Origin: Candidatus Dojkabacteria bacterium
GTDB taxonomy: Bacteria > Patescibacteriota > Dojkabacteria > J137
Reading direction: 5' to 3'
Length of the DNA stretch: 64,000 nucleotides
Assembly: GCA_025999215.1 (NCBI GenBank)
Contig: AP024679.1
Location: 569,924 to 633,923, forward strand
Shown here: positions 29,088-37,910 of the stretch, one piece after another
Position numbering within the stretch: the first letter of the stretch is position 1
Layout of the letters: each line of letters begins with the position of its first letter
The notes under the pieces: generated by a model
What the model saw: only the letters and a program-made list of their open reading frames with translations
What the model was told of the DNA's origin: nothing
The model's database searches: none
Made by a program: the position numbers and the translations under genes

Positions 29088-29123
29088 CAAAAAACAGGGA
29101 GGATTAATCCTCCCTGTTTTTTG
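29088..29123. terminator. Bidirectional intrinsic terminator (A-tract, 8-bp GC-rich stem, T-tract)
   Basis: 'aaaaaaCAGGGAGGattaatCCTCCCTGtttttt' is a perfect hairpin lying between tRNA-Arg (+) and the convergent 850-aa gene (-). Confidence 0.8.
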
Positions 29124-29144
29124 TTGTGATGCGTAGTTATTTTT

Positions 29145-31697
29145 TTATTTTTCGACACTATACTTTTTATATCCAACGGCCCCTGCTCCCAAAAATGCTA
29201 GTAACAATGCTGGGATTAATAGGTAAAGATAATTGAATCCGTTGTTATCTTTTGCTCTTAAAACTCTAAAGTTTACTTCTTTGTAATCTTTTTCATCAAG
29301 GTTTACTTCAACTTTACTTGATTCAACACTCAAATCTTCTTCCAAATCTTCAACTCTAATTTCAATTTCATATTTACCTGCACACAAAGTATCTAGTGAC
29401 CATTCACCATTAGAGTCTGTAGTCTTGATGGTTTTTAAAGTTCTTTTATTATCACTTACAGAATAAACACTTATTCTAACTCTGTTAATACCTTCGCCCT
29501 CATCATATAAGCTATTTTCATTTTCATCAACATAAACATAACCTTTGATTGTAGACATTTCATCTTCAGAACATGTTTCAACACCTAAAACTTCTGCAGT
29601 TTCTTGTTGTTCCTCATTCTCTATTGATTCTCCAAGCACTTCGCCATCATTTGTATCAGTATCTGTTGGTGTAGGTGTTGTTGGTGTTATTGGTGTTGGT
29701 GATCCTTGAGTTGTTGGTTGAGGATTAACCGTTACTGTTACACTATCACTTGCAGTATCACCATTTACATCTGTTACCGTAACAGTACATGTATAAGTAC
29801 CTGGAACAGAAGGTAGTGTTACTTGCGGTGTAGTTCCTGAACAATTTCCAAACCAGTTATAAGTTAAAGTACCATCTCCTCCAGTAGCATTTGCAGTTAA
29901 TGAAACTATTGTACCGCTTTCAACATTGGTTGAAGGGCTAGTGTTAATAGCAACCGATGGAACGTTATTGTACACCTCTATCTCAACATAATCATTATCA
30001 ATTAGATATGTATTTAATCCCCATTCATTTAATCTACCATAATTATACTCAGCTTGAACCATACATTCGTATGATGTATCAATGTTACTTACTTGAAAAT
30101 TTGTAACATTATAATCAATTTCTTCACAATCTAATGCCCAATCTATAAAAGTTAAATCATAAAGCGCATTTGATGTTAAATTGAAATTTACTGTATTCAA
30201 ACCTGAAAGGACAGATGTCCCTGGTGTTACCAAAAGGTCTAATTCAAGATTAATAAAAAAGTTCACTGAATTAAACGAACTATTTCCATCATCATCGTAT
30301 GCTGTAATTGTAACCATGTAATAACCAGCATTGTAACTAGATGAATCAAGATCAAATACTACCTCATTATTATAATCTAAAACTGAAACTGATTCTCGAC
30401 TCCATTCAGGTTTATCTGCTGGTGTTAGTGGAACAAAAAATGTTTCTGTACCGATCTCTACAAAGTCAAACATAGCAAGGTATGCATCATATGTCGTTAC
30501 ATCACCACTAAATCTAGCAGAAACTCTAATGTTATCATTCAATACTTCGTTCATAGTTGGAGTTATTATTTCAATTGTTGGCGCAGTTTCATCAACAACC
30601 TCAAAATTTACACTATCATAACTTTCTCTTCCTTCATGATCAAAAGCATATACAATTACTGTGTATTGTCCAACAGGAAAGGTCTCAGTATTTAAGTTAA
30701 AAATCTCAACATTGGATTTTTGGGAACCAAGGGTAACCATTCCTGAATCCCATTCTGGAAAACGAGGATCTACAAAGAATGCATAACCGTATCCAGGAAT
30801 ATCTGTATAGTAACCGATGTAAGCTTGGTACCTTTCTGTATTGTCTGAGAAATTTGTTTTAACACTTAGTGTACCATCTATTATAGTTCCACTCGTTGGT
30901 TCAACTATATCAACAGTAGGAAGCTCATAAGTATTTAAAACTAAAGTATCTGTTCCGCTAAGTGGAGCAACACCCAAATCTGTAAGTTTTCCGTATGTAT
31001 AAGTTAAGTTTAGCGTACAAGTGTAAGTTTCTAATGCAATATTATTGAGAGTAAAGTTTTTTGTAAGTTGACCTGCGCAATCATCTAACCATGTAAAACC
31101 AACTTCATCTTGATATTTTGCATTGGTGTCAAATGAAATATTGATTACATTGTTTCCTCTTTCATAAGGTCCTTCTGGGTCAACTGCTATCTCAAACTCA
31201 AGTGTTCTATAAAAATTTACAGAAGTTGTAACTTCATTCCCTAAGGAGTCTTTTGCTATAATTACTACCATGTAGTATCCTGCGTACATGTTGTCAGTAA
31301 ATAAATTAAAAATTTCAACGTTTGTTTTATCTGTAAGTACTACATTTTCTTTTGACCATTCAGGTTTATCATCAGGAGTTACCGGTGCAAAAAATTCTGA
31401 TCCAGCGTACTCAAATGTATCATACATGCCTATATAAGCATCATATGAAACAGCTGAGTCTGAGAAATTTGCTGTAACGTTTAGAGTTCCAGAAACATTT
31501 GAATTATTTGTTGGCGTTACAATTTGAACATCAAGTGTTTCTCCTAATGATTGAGCAACTACCACAGTTGGCTGCAACATCAAATTAAGAAGTAGCAACA
31601 AGCTTACAAAAAGATTTAAAACTCTAAATTTATTCATATAATCAAAATAAAAAATAACAAGTCTTAATATTTTACCATATTTAAAATATTTTTTCAA
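29145..31697 (-). CDS. Large secreted cell-surface protein with internal tandem Ig-like repeats, PKD-like domain and C-terminal membrane anchor
   Basis: Signal peptide present. There are three divergent copies of a roughly 110-aa repeat ('...SGTLNVTANFSD..YDAYIGMYD...PEWS...AGYYMV...D..GN...SVNF'). 'TLTYNWFGNCSGTT...TYTCTVTVTDVNGDTASD' is PKD-like. A Pro/Thr linker is followed by a C-terminal TM and a KKYSVEK tail. Confidence 0.75.
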   Translation of the reverse strand: MKKYFKYGKILRLVIFYFDYMNKFRVLNLFVSLLLLLNLMLQPTVVVAQSLGETLDVQIVTPTNNSNVSGTLNVTANFSDSAVSYDAYIGMYDTFEYAGSEFFAPVTPDDKPEWSKENVVLTDKTNVEIFNLFTDNMYAGYYMVVIIAKDSLGNEVTTSVNFYRTLEFEIAVDPEGPYERGNNVINISFDTNAKYQDEVGFTWLDDCAGQLTKNFTLNNIALETYTCTLNLTYTYGKLTDLGVAPLSGTDTLVLNTYELPTVDIVEPTSGTIIDGTLSVKTNFSDNTERYQAYIGYYTDIPGYGYAFFVDPRFPEWDSGMVTLGSQKSNVEIFNLNTETFPVGQYTVIVYAFDHEGRESYDSVNFEVVDETAPTIEIITPTMNEVLNDNIRVSARFSGDVTTYDAYLAMFDFVEIGTETFFVPLTPADKPEWSRESVSVLDYNNEVVFDLDSSSYNAGYYMVTITAYDDDGNSSFNSVNFFINLELDLLVTPGTSVLSGLNTVNFNLTSNALYDLTFIDWALDCEEIDYNVTNFQVSNIDTSYECMVQAEYNYGRLNEWGLNTYLIDNDYVEIEVYNNVPSVAINTSPSTNVESGTIVSLTANATGGDGTLTYNWFGNCSGTTPQVTLPSVPGTYTCTVTVTDVNGDTASDSVTVTVNPQPTTQGSPTPITPTTPTPTDTDTNDGEVLGESIENEEQQETAEVLGVETCSEDEMSTIKGYVYVDENENSLYDEGEGINRVRISVYSVSDNKRTLKTIKTTDSNGEWSLDTLCAGKYEIEIRVEDLEEDLSVESSKVEVNLDEKDYKEVNFRVLRAKDNNGFNYLYLLIPALLLAFLGAGAVGYKKYSVEK

Positions 31698-31706
31698 TAG
31701 TTTTTA

Positions 31707-32249
31707 TTATTTTTTAGTAACAGAAGAAGCTCTTGACCTTGAGTTTGAAAATAAAAGAGATTTTTTATGATCTTCAATATTAATAAAATCATCAGCAATT
31801 TCGATTAAATTTTTGCTTGTTGTTTTTTTAAATGCTATAACTTCAACTAAACATCCTAAAGCTTGTTGCAAGTAATTAACTACAGGCACATAATCTCCAT
31901 CGCCGGAAGCTAAAATTATTGAATCAACTTTATTTCCTAATCTGATGGCATCCATTGCTATTCCCAAATCCCAATCACCCTTTTTTGCACCTCCTAGAAA
32001 AGTTTGTAATTCTTTTTCTTTTACTTCAAAACCTGCTTGGTTGACTGCATCAAAAAATTCTTTTTCTTTTGCATTTTCTTCAGAAGTAATTACGTATGCT
32101 ATGGCTCTTGTGAGTAATCTGTTTTTTACAGATAATTTGAGAAGATTTTTAAAATTAATTCTTGCTGAATACAAATGTTTGGCCGAATAATACAAATTTT
32201 GGACATCAACTAAAACAGCAACTCTTTGATCTTTGTTTCTAACTATCAT
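31707..32249 (-). CDS. NYN-domain (LabA-like) putative RNase
   Basis: 'VAVLVDVQNLYYS' and 'IILASGDGDYVPVV' match NYN/LabA conserved acidic motifs. Confidence 0.7.
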   Translation of the reverse strand: MIVRNKDQRVAVLVDVQNLYYSAKHLYSARINFKNLLKLSVKNRLLTRAIAYVITSEENAKEKEFFDAVNQAGFEVKEKELQTFLGGAKKGDWDLGIAMDAIRLGNKVDSIILASGDGDYVPVVNYLQQALGCLVEVIAFKKTTSKNLIEIADDFINIEDHKKSLLFSNSRSRASSVTKK

Positions 32250-32300
32250 AAAGAATAAATAAAAAAATAATGTATAATTTAAATTAATTATATCATTGTT

Positions 32301-33440
32301 ATGACTAAAATTGGCTTTATTTTTAAAAAAGAGAATGTAAATTTGGCTAAATGGGAATTGGAGAGAAATTTAGTAAGTTTTGAAGTTGTATCAGAATCAG
32401 AAAAATTAGTAATTGCAAAAATATCAGAAATTGATTTTGAAAAAATTGTTAATGCACAAACCTTTCCTTTTGGCGCTATTGATAGAATTGTTCAAATTTA
32501 TGAACATGCTAGTTTGAATAAATTTATGGACGATATTGCAAGTAATTTTTTTGTTGATAGCATTGAATTTGCTTGGTTAGTTGACAATGTGGAACTGGAA
32601 ACATGTACTCTATTATCCAAACAAATCCTGAAGCTTGCTAGAAAATATTTTAAGAAAATTGAAACCAACAATATCGCTCGTACACTATCTCTAGGTGATT
32701 TACAAAAAAGTGAAAATATAGTTGAAGTAGTTTTTTTAAAAAGAGAAAATGAAATAATTTTAGGACGAACAATTAAATTTCTCAATCCATTTTATTTTAA
32801 AGAATTAGATGAGACACGACCTGGTCGAATGTTTACTCATGGCACTTCACCCAAGCTTGCTAAAGTATTAGTAAATTTAATTAAAAATAAAACGGGAACA
32901 GTCGTTGATCCATTTTGTGGCACAGGAACTATTCTTTTAGAACTTTTGCGTCAGGGTTATGATGTCATTGGTATTGATAATGACTCTAAAGTATTATCAT
33001 TAGCAAGAAAAAACATTAAAGATTATTTTAAAAATAATAATTTATGTGAAAAAAGAAACTATACATTAATTAATTCAAAATTTGAAAATGTTGAGTTTAA
33101 AGCAACAGCCTCTGTTTTTGAGCCTTACATGGGCCCTTTCTTGAAAAAAATTCCATCTCCAACGGTTGCTAAAGCGATCCTTAAAGAATTAAACTTTTTG
33201 TATCAAAAAACATTTCAAAGTTTACATCAAAATTTGGAAGGTGATGGTGAAATTATTTGCATACTACCTAGCATACCATCAAAACTACAAGTTCATGAAC
33301 TTAACTTTGATTTAATATTTCAAGATAAATTTAAATTATCAAGATCAAAACTAAATTCACAGAATCCCATTGACTATGAGTCAAAAAAAGGAAATAGGAT
33401 CAAGCGTAAAATTTTTATCCTGGAAAAAATTAATTTTTAA
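32301..33440 (+). CDS. THUMP-domain RNA (guanine-N2/adenine-N6-type) methyltransferase
   Basis: 'VVDPFCGTGTILLEL' is SAM motif I and 'DVIGIDND' is motif II. The N-terminal region is THUMP-like. The gene is divergent from the NYN gene. Confidence 0.65.
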   Translation: MTKIGFIFKKENVNLAKWELERNLVSFEVVSESEKLVIAKISEIDFEKIVNAQTFPFGAIDRIVQIYEHASLNKFMDDIASNFFVDSIEFAWLVDNVELETCTLLSKQILKLARKYFKKIETNNIARTLSLGDLQKSENIVEVVFLKRENEIILGRTIKFLNPFYFKELDETRPGRMFTHGTSPKLAKVLVNLIKNKTGTVVDPFCGTGTILLELLRQGYDVIGIDNDSKVLSLARKNIKDYFKNNNLCEKRNYTLINSKFENVEFKATASVFEPYMGPFLKKIPSPTVAKAILKELNFLYQKTFQSLHQNLEGDGEIICILPSIPSKLQVHELNFDLIFQDKFKLSRSKLNSQNPIDYESKKGNRIKRKIFILEKINF

Positions 33441-33772
33441 GGAAGCTCACATAACATCTCACATACAGTTGTGCAGATTTCGCCACCTTTAAGTTCACAT
33501 GTTGATCCACATTCAACAAATTGCCCATTTCTCTCTGAACAATCTTTTTTGTATAAATCTAAATTTTCCATGTTAGGGCCATATGCTACATAGCTTTTTC
33601 CATCAATTGAAGTAAAAATTTCGGAATCTATAACTTCAGAATTTGAATTTTTTGATAATTCATCATCATTATTTAATGAGTAGTTATTTATGAACCAAAG
33701 TAAACCTAAAGCAAAAACAAAGAACAAAGCAAAAATAACCACAGTAACTAAAACTTTATTGTAACTTTTCAT
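33437..33772 (-). CDS. Small secreted Cys-rich protein
   Basis: 111 aa with an N-terminal TM/signal. The C-terminal 'CSERNGQFVECGSTCELKGGEICTTVCEMLCE' has 7 Cys. Confidence 0.5.
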   Translation of the reverse strand: MKSYNKVLVTVVIFALFFVFALGLLWFINNYSLNNDDELSKNSNSEVIDSEIFTSIDGKSYVAYGPNMENLDLYKKDCSERNGQFVECGSTCELKGGEICTTVCEMLCELP

Positions 33773-33811
33773 AAAATTTTATGATTTAAAATTTAAAAAA
33801 TAATAAATTCA

Positions 33812-33883
33812 TGAGTTGGGCGGGATTCGAACCCGCAACCAATCGCTTAAGAGGCGACTGCTCTACCATTGAGCTACCAACCC
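33812..33883 (-). tRNA. tRNA-Lys (anticodon CTT)
   Basis: The reverse complement gives acceptor GGGTTGG/CCAACTC, D-arm GCTCAATGGTAGAGC, anticodon loop CTCTTAA and T-loop TTCGAAT. Confidence 0.88.
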
Positions 33884-33911
33884 ATTATATTAGTTATTCT
33901 AGCAAAAACTA

Positions 33912-35948
33912 TTACGTTCTTAAAGTAGCCGAAAATTTATCTGACAATCTTTTGATAATTTTCGATGTTATTTCTTCCACCTCTTCATCGGTAAGAGTTT
34001 TGTTAGGATCTTGAAAAAATACTCTAAGCGTTACACTTTTATAACCTTTTTCAATACCTTTACCTGTGTAAATATCGATAAGTTCTACATTCGTAATTAG
34101 CTTTGATACATTTACAACTTCATTTTTCAAATCGTTCCAAAGTAAGTTTTCTTTTACAATGAACGAATAATCTCTTATTGCTGGAGGGAATTTTGAAATG
34201 GGTTTGAATGATTTTGTAATTTCTTTTAAAATATTTACTAGTTTTAAAAAATTAATTTCAAGTATACACACGTATTTTTTCAAACCTAACTCTTTCATCA
34301 CTATATCTGATACAATTCCGATTTTTCCAATTAGTTCATTGTTAATCCAAATATCAGCTGATGCATTTTTTTCAAATGGCAAGTGATCATTTAATTTTAA
34401 AATCAAATCATCTAAATTTACATCAAACTTATTCAACAAATACTCTAAATAACCTTTAACTTCTAAAAAAATTTCTTGGGGATTTCTTCCGTTTGTAGCA
34501 ATTGACAACATTGGGAATTCATCTGGCAAATCATTTTCTTTGGGATGATAAACCATGTTTAATTCAAACAGATTAAGTTTCTCAACATAATCTTCATTAT
34601 TTTTGAATGTAAAAACCATTGTTGAAATAAGCTCTCTTCTCATGTATTTGTATTCAACACTTAGTGGATTTATTATTTCCAAAACTTCGCTAGGTTCAAT
34701 GCCCATTATTTCTAAAGCTTTATCACCCACCATTGAGACAGAAAATTGCTCAGTCAAGCCACAACCAACTAAAACATCTCTAACGCTATTTTCCCATTCA
34801 ATTATTTCATCATCTTCAACATTAGGAATTTCACCATCAAGATTTTTACTTGGAATGTTTTGGTAGCCATAAATTCGTGCTATTTCTTCAACTAAATCAT
34901 AGTCATGCCAAATATCGTTTCGGAAAAAAGGAACTGTTACTTCCAAAATTTTATTATCATTAATTAAGCATTCAAAACCTAGTTTTTCTAGAATTTCTTT
35001 TGATTCTTGAGTGGTGATATTAACACCAAGTAATCGTTCATTCAAATTTGGATTAAAATTAATTTTACGTAGTGTTGTATCAATTGTAGTTACATCAATT
35101 AAGTTTGATGCAATTTGAGAATTAGTATTTTGTGTAATTAATTCAGCTACTCTTAAAGATGCAACTTTCGCGCTTATAGGGCTTAAACCTTTTTCAAAAT
35201 AACTTGCGGCATCGGTATGCAAATCAAGTCTTCTTGCTGTTTTTCTAATTGAATATGGTTCAAAGCTTGCAGCTTCAATCACTACTATTTTTGTGTTTGC
35301 ATCAACTGCTGTATTAATACCTCCTTTGACACCTGCTATGGCAATTGGTTTTTCTCTATCAGCAATCACCAAGTCGTTTTCATTTAACTCTTTAACATCA
35401 CCATCAAGAGTTGTAATTTTTTCTCCATTTTTGGCATTTCTAACAATTATTTGTGATCCTGCTATTTTTTCATAATCAAAAACATGTGTCGGGTAACCAA
35501 GTTCAATTAGTACATAATTAGATATATCAACTAGTAGATTAATTGAATTATGACCAAGAGCTTCTAATCTTTTACTTAACCAAGTTGGTGATTTTGTAAC
35601 TTCTACATTATCTATAATAATCGCGCAGTATCTATAACATTTTTCAGTATTTTCTATGTTTATGCTTAGTTCATATTTTTGATTGTTTGGAAAATTTAAG
35701 TTTGGTTCAGAAAATAAAAATTTATCACCAGTTATTGCGCTTGCTTCTCTTGCAATTCCAACAACTGACGCCATATCAATTCTGTTTGGAGTTATTTCTA
35801 TTTCAAAAACATCATCATTTAATAATTCATTTTTTGTAATTTTTTCAACTTGTGGACCATGCAATGGTAAAAGTTTTGCCAACTCTTCAGCTGTTCTTTC
35901 AGTTTTTAAAAATTCTTTTAACCACGAAAATGGAATGTTTACATTCAT
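33912..35948 (-). CDS. pheT: Phenylalanine--tRNA ligase beta subunit (short form)
   Basis: The N-terminal 'MNVNIPFSWLKEFL' matches the PheT start. B3/4 and B5 regions are present and the C-terminal anticodon-binding domain has a ferredoxin-like fold. It lies adjacent to pheS. Confidence 0.85.
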   Translation of the reverse strand: MNVNIPFSWLKEFLKTERTAEELAKLLPLHGPQVEKITKNELLNDDVFEIEITPNRIDMASVVGIAREASAITGDKFLFSEPNLNFPNNQKYELSINIENTEKCYRYCAIIIDNVEVTKSPTWLSKRLEALGHNSINLLVDISNYVLIELGYPTHVFDYEKIAGSQIIVRNAKNGEKITTLDGDVKELNENDLVIADREKPIAIAGVKGGINTAVDANTKIVVIEAASFEPYSIRKTARRLDLHTDAASYFEKGLSPISAKVASLRVAELITQNTNSQIASNLIDVTTIDTTLRKINFNPNLNERLLGVNITTQESKEILEKLGFECLINDNKILEVTVPFFRNDIWHDYDLVEEIARIYGYQNIPSKNLDGEIPNVEDDEIIEWENSVRDVLVGCGLTEQFSVSMVGDKALEIMGIEPSEVLEIINPLSVEYKYMRRELISTMVFTFKNNEDYVEKLNLFELNMVYHPKENDLPDEFPMLSIATNGRNPQEIFLEVKGYLEYLLNKFDVNLDDLILKLNDHLPFEKNASADIWINNELIGKIGIVSDIVMKELGLKKYVCILEINFLKLVNILKEITKSFKPISKFPPAIRDYSFIVKENLLWNDLKNEVVNVSKLITNVELIDIYTGKGIEKGYKSVTLRVFFQDPNKTLTDEEVEEITSKIIKRLSDKFSATLRT

Positions 35949-35965
35949 TTCAAAAAATCTAAATT

Positions 35966-36982
35966 TTAAAATTGTTCTAAAAATCGAATATCTGTTTGAT
36001 ATAAAATTCTTATATCTTCTAAATTAATTCCTCCAATTGATAATTTATTCCTTTCGATTCCCCAACCAAACGCATATCCTGAATATTCGTTTGGGTCTAT
36101 TCCGCCTGCCCTCAAAACATTAGGATGCACCATCCCAGCTCCTCCAATTTCAAGCCATCCATCTTTTGCCATTTTGTTTTCTTTACCTAACCACACATCT
36201 ACTTCAAAACTCGGTTCAGTAAATGGAAAGTGATAAGGCCTAATTCTATACTTTGTGTCTGGTCCAATAAATTTTTTAACAAAAAAATCAAGAATTCCTT
36301 TTAAATGACCAATATTAATGTTTTTATCAATTACTAAACCTTCGAACTGATAAAAATTCATAAGGTGTCGAACAGACATTTGACGTCTATAAACCCTTGA
36401 AATGTTTATCATTCTGATTGGTGGTTTTCTTTTTTCCATTTCTCTCACCTGACCTGATGATGTGTGTGGCGTCAAAATTCTAGCACCATATTTTGAATTA
36501 ATTGGTTTACTGTCAATGAAAAATGTTTCCCACTCATCCCTCGCAGGGTGATCTTCAGGAAAATTAAGCGCTGTAAAAGCGTAATAATCCCATTCTACTT
36601 CAGGATATCTAACTTGATAAAAGCCTAGTTTTTTAAAAATATCTGCAACCTCTCTTATAGTTTGAGTAGTTATATGCATATGTCCTACTGGAACTTTCTT
36701 GCCAGGCAGCGTAACATCGAGATTATAATTTTTTGGTTGATTATTTTCACTTTCAAGTTTTTCGAGAAGTTTTTCAATTTTATTTTTAAATTCATTAGCT
36801 ATTTTACCCGCTTCTTTTCGCTCACTTATGGGAAGAGTCCCAATTAATCTTAACATTGATACAAATTCTGATTTTCTTCCTAAATATTTTATTTTTAACT
36901 CATCAACACTCAAAACTTCTTTGTCTTTTTTAAATGTTGAAAATATGTTTGATAATTTTTGCTTAAATTCTTCTAAATTCAT
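35966..36982 (-). CDS. pheS: Phenylalanine--tRNA ligase alpha subunit
   Basis: Class II aaRS motifs are 'FRNE'-like 'FPEDHPARD', 'HFPFTEPSFEVDV' and 'GWLEIGGAGMVHPNV'. Confidence 0.9.
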   Translation of the reverse strand: MNLEEFKQKLSNIFSTFKKDKEVLSVDELKIKYLGRKSEFVSMLRLIGTLPISERKEAGKIANEFKNKIEKLLEKLESENNQPKNYNLDVTLPGKKVPVGHMHITTQTIREVADIFKKLGFYQVRYPEVEWDYYAFTALNFPEDHPARDEWETFFIDSKPINSKYGARILTPHTSSGQVREMEKRKPPIRMINISRVYRRQMSVRHLMNFYQFEGLVIDKNINIGHLKGILDFFVKKFIGPDTKYRIRPYHFPFTEPSFEVDVWLGKENKMAKDGWLEIGGAGMVHPNVLRAGGIDPNEYSGYAFGWGIERNKLSIGGINLEDIRILYQTDIRFLEQF

Positions 36983-37028
36983 TTTTGGGTTTTAAAATTT
37001 TTAGAACAAAATAATTATATTAAATTTG

Positions 37029-37832
37029 TTAGTGATTTTCTAGTTTTATTTCATCATTTAAATCTTCATGCTCACTATGAGGAGCAAAAGCCGTAACTGA
37101 AAAAATTAAAATTAGTCCTATCAAAGTAAAAATAAAGTTCAAAATTGCTTTTTTTAATTTTTTTTCCATTTTAATTTCAGGAACTAGATCAGCTAACGCA
37201 ATGTACATGAAGCTACCTGCGGTAAAAGCTAGCAACAATCCCAATAAATTTTCCGATATGTCAATTAGTAAAATAGAAAACACAACACCAAAAAGTGATA
37301 AAAGAGCTGTTAAAAAATTGTAAATTATTGCTTTCATTCTAGAAAACCCAGAATAAATTAAAACACCGAAATCAGAAATTTCTTGAGGAATTTCATGCAA
37401 AATTATTGCAATAAGAGCAATAATTCCTATTTCTGTACTAGCTAAAAAGGATGAACCTATCAATAATCCATCAATAAAATTGTGCAATCCATCTGCTAGT
37501 AAATTATTAATACCAAGAGTTTTTTTATGATTATGTTCAAAATTATTATGACAGTGATGCCAGAGTAATATTTTTTCAAGCAACAAAAAAGAAACTAAGG
37601 CAAAAATTATTGCAAACCATACCAAATTAATTTCATAAAATACTGAACTATTCAAATGTAGTGCTTCTGGAAGCAAATGAAAAAATGCGCTGCCTAGCAA
37701 AACACCTGCTGCTGTTGAAACTAAAAAGTTAGTTATATTGTCTAAAATTTTTTTATTGACCGAAAAGAAAACAACTCCCGAAAACGATAGTAAACTAACA
37801 ATAATAGAACCTAATATACCATTTAAATCCAT
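37029..37832 (-). CDS. ZIP-family zinc transporter (ZupT-like)
   Basis: 8-TM profile. 'HEIPQEISDFGVL' matches the ZIP metal-binding HxxxE/D motif in TM4/5. Confidence 0.8.
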   Translation of the reverse strand: MDLNGILGSIIVSLLSFSGVVFFSVNKKILDNITNFLVSTAAGVLLGSAFFHLLPEALHLNSSVFYEINLVWFAIIFALVSFLLLEKILLWHHCHNNFEHNHKKTLGINNLLADGLHNFIDGLLIGSSFLASTEIGIIALIAIILHEIPQEISDFGVLIYSGFSRMKAIIYNFLTALLSLFGVVFSILLIDISENLLGLLLAFTAGSFMYIALADLVPEIKMEKKLKKAILNFIFTLIGLILIFSVTAFAPHSEHEDLNDEIKLENH

Positions 37833-37910
37833 AATTTTTTAATTAAAACTTGTTGATTTTAGCAAAAATTTTTGTAAAACTGTAGTAGTTTAAGAGGTTA
37901 AAAAATAGAT

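Noticed and set aside
28982-29176. 64-aa minus-strand ORF in the track
   Set aside because: It overlaps tRNA-Arg(TCG) and the bidirectional terminator. The translation reads through a tRNA antisense ('GFEPTTYGSEDRRS'), so it is spurious.
33811-34014. 67-aa plus-strand ORF 'MSWAGFEPATNRL...'
   Set aside because: It is antisense to tRNA-Lys(CTT), with the characteristic GFEP translation of a T-arm, and extends into the pheT 3' end. Spurious.
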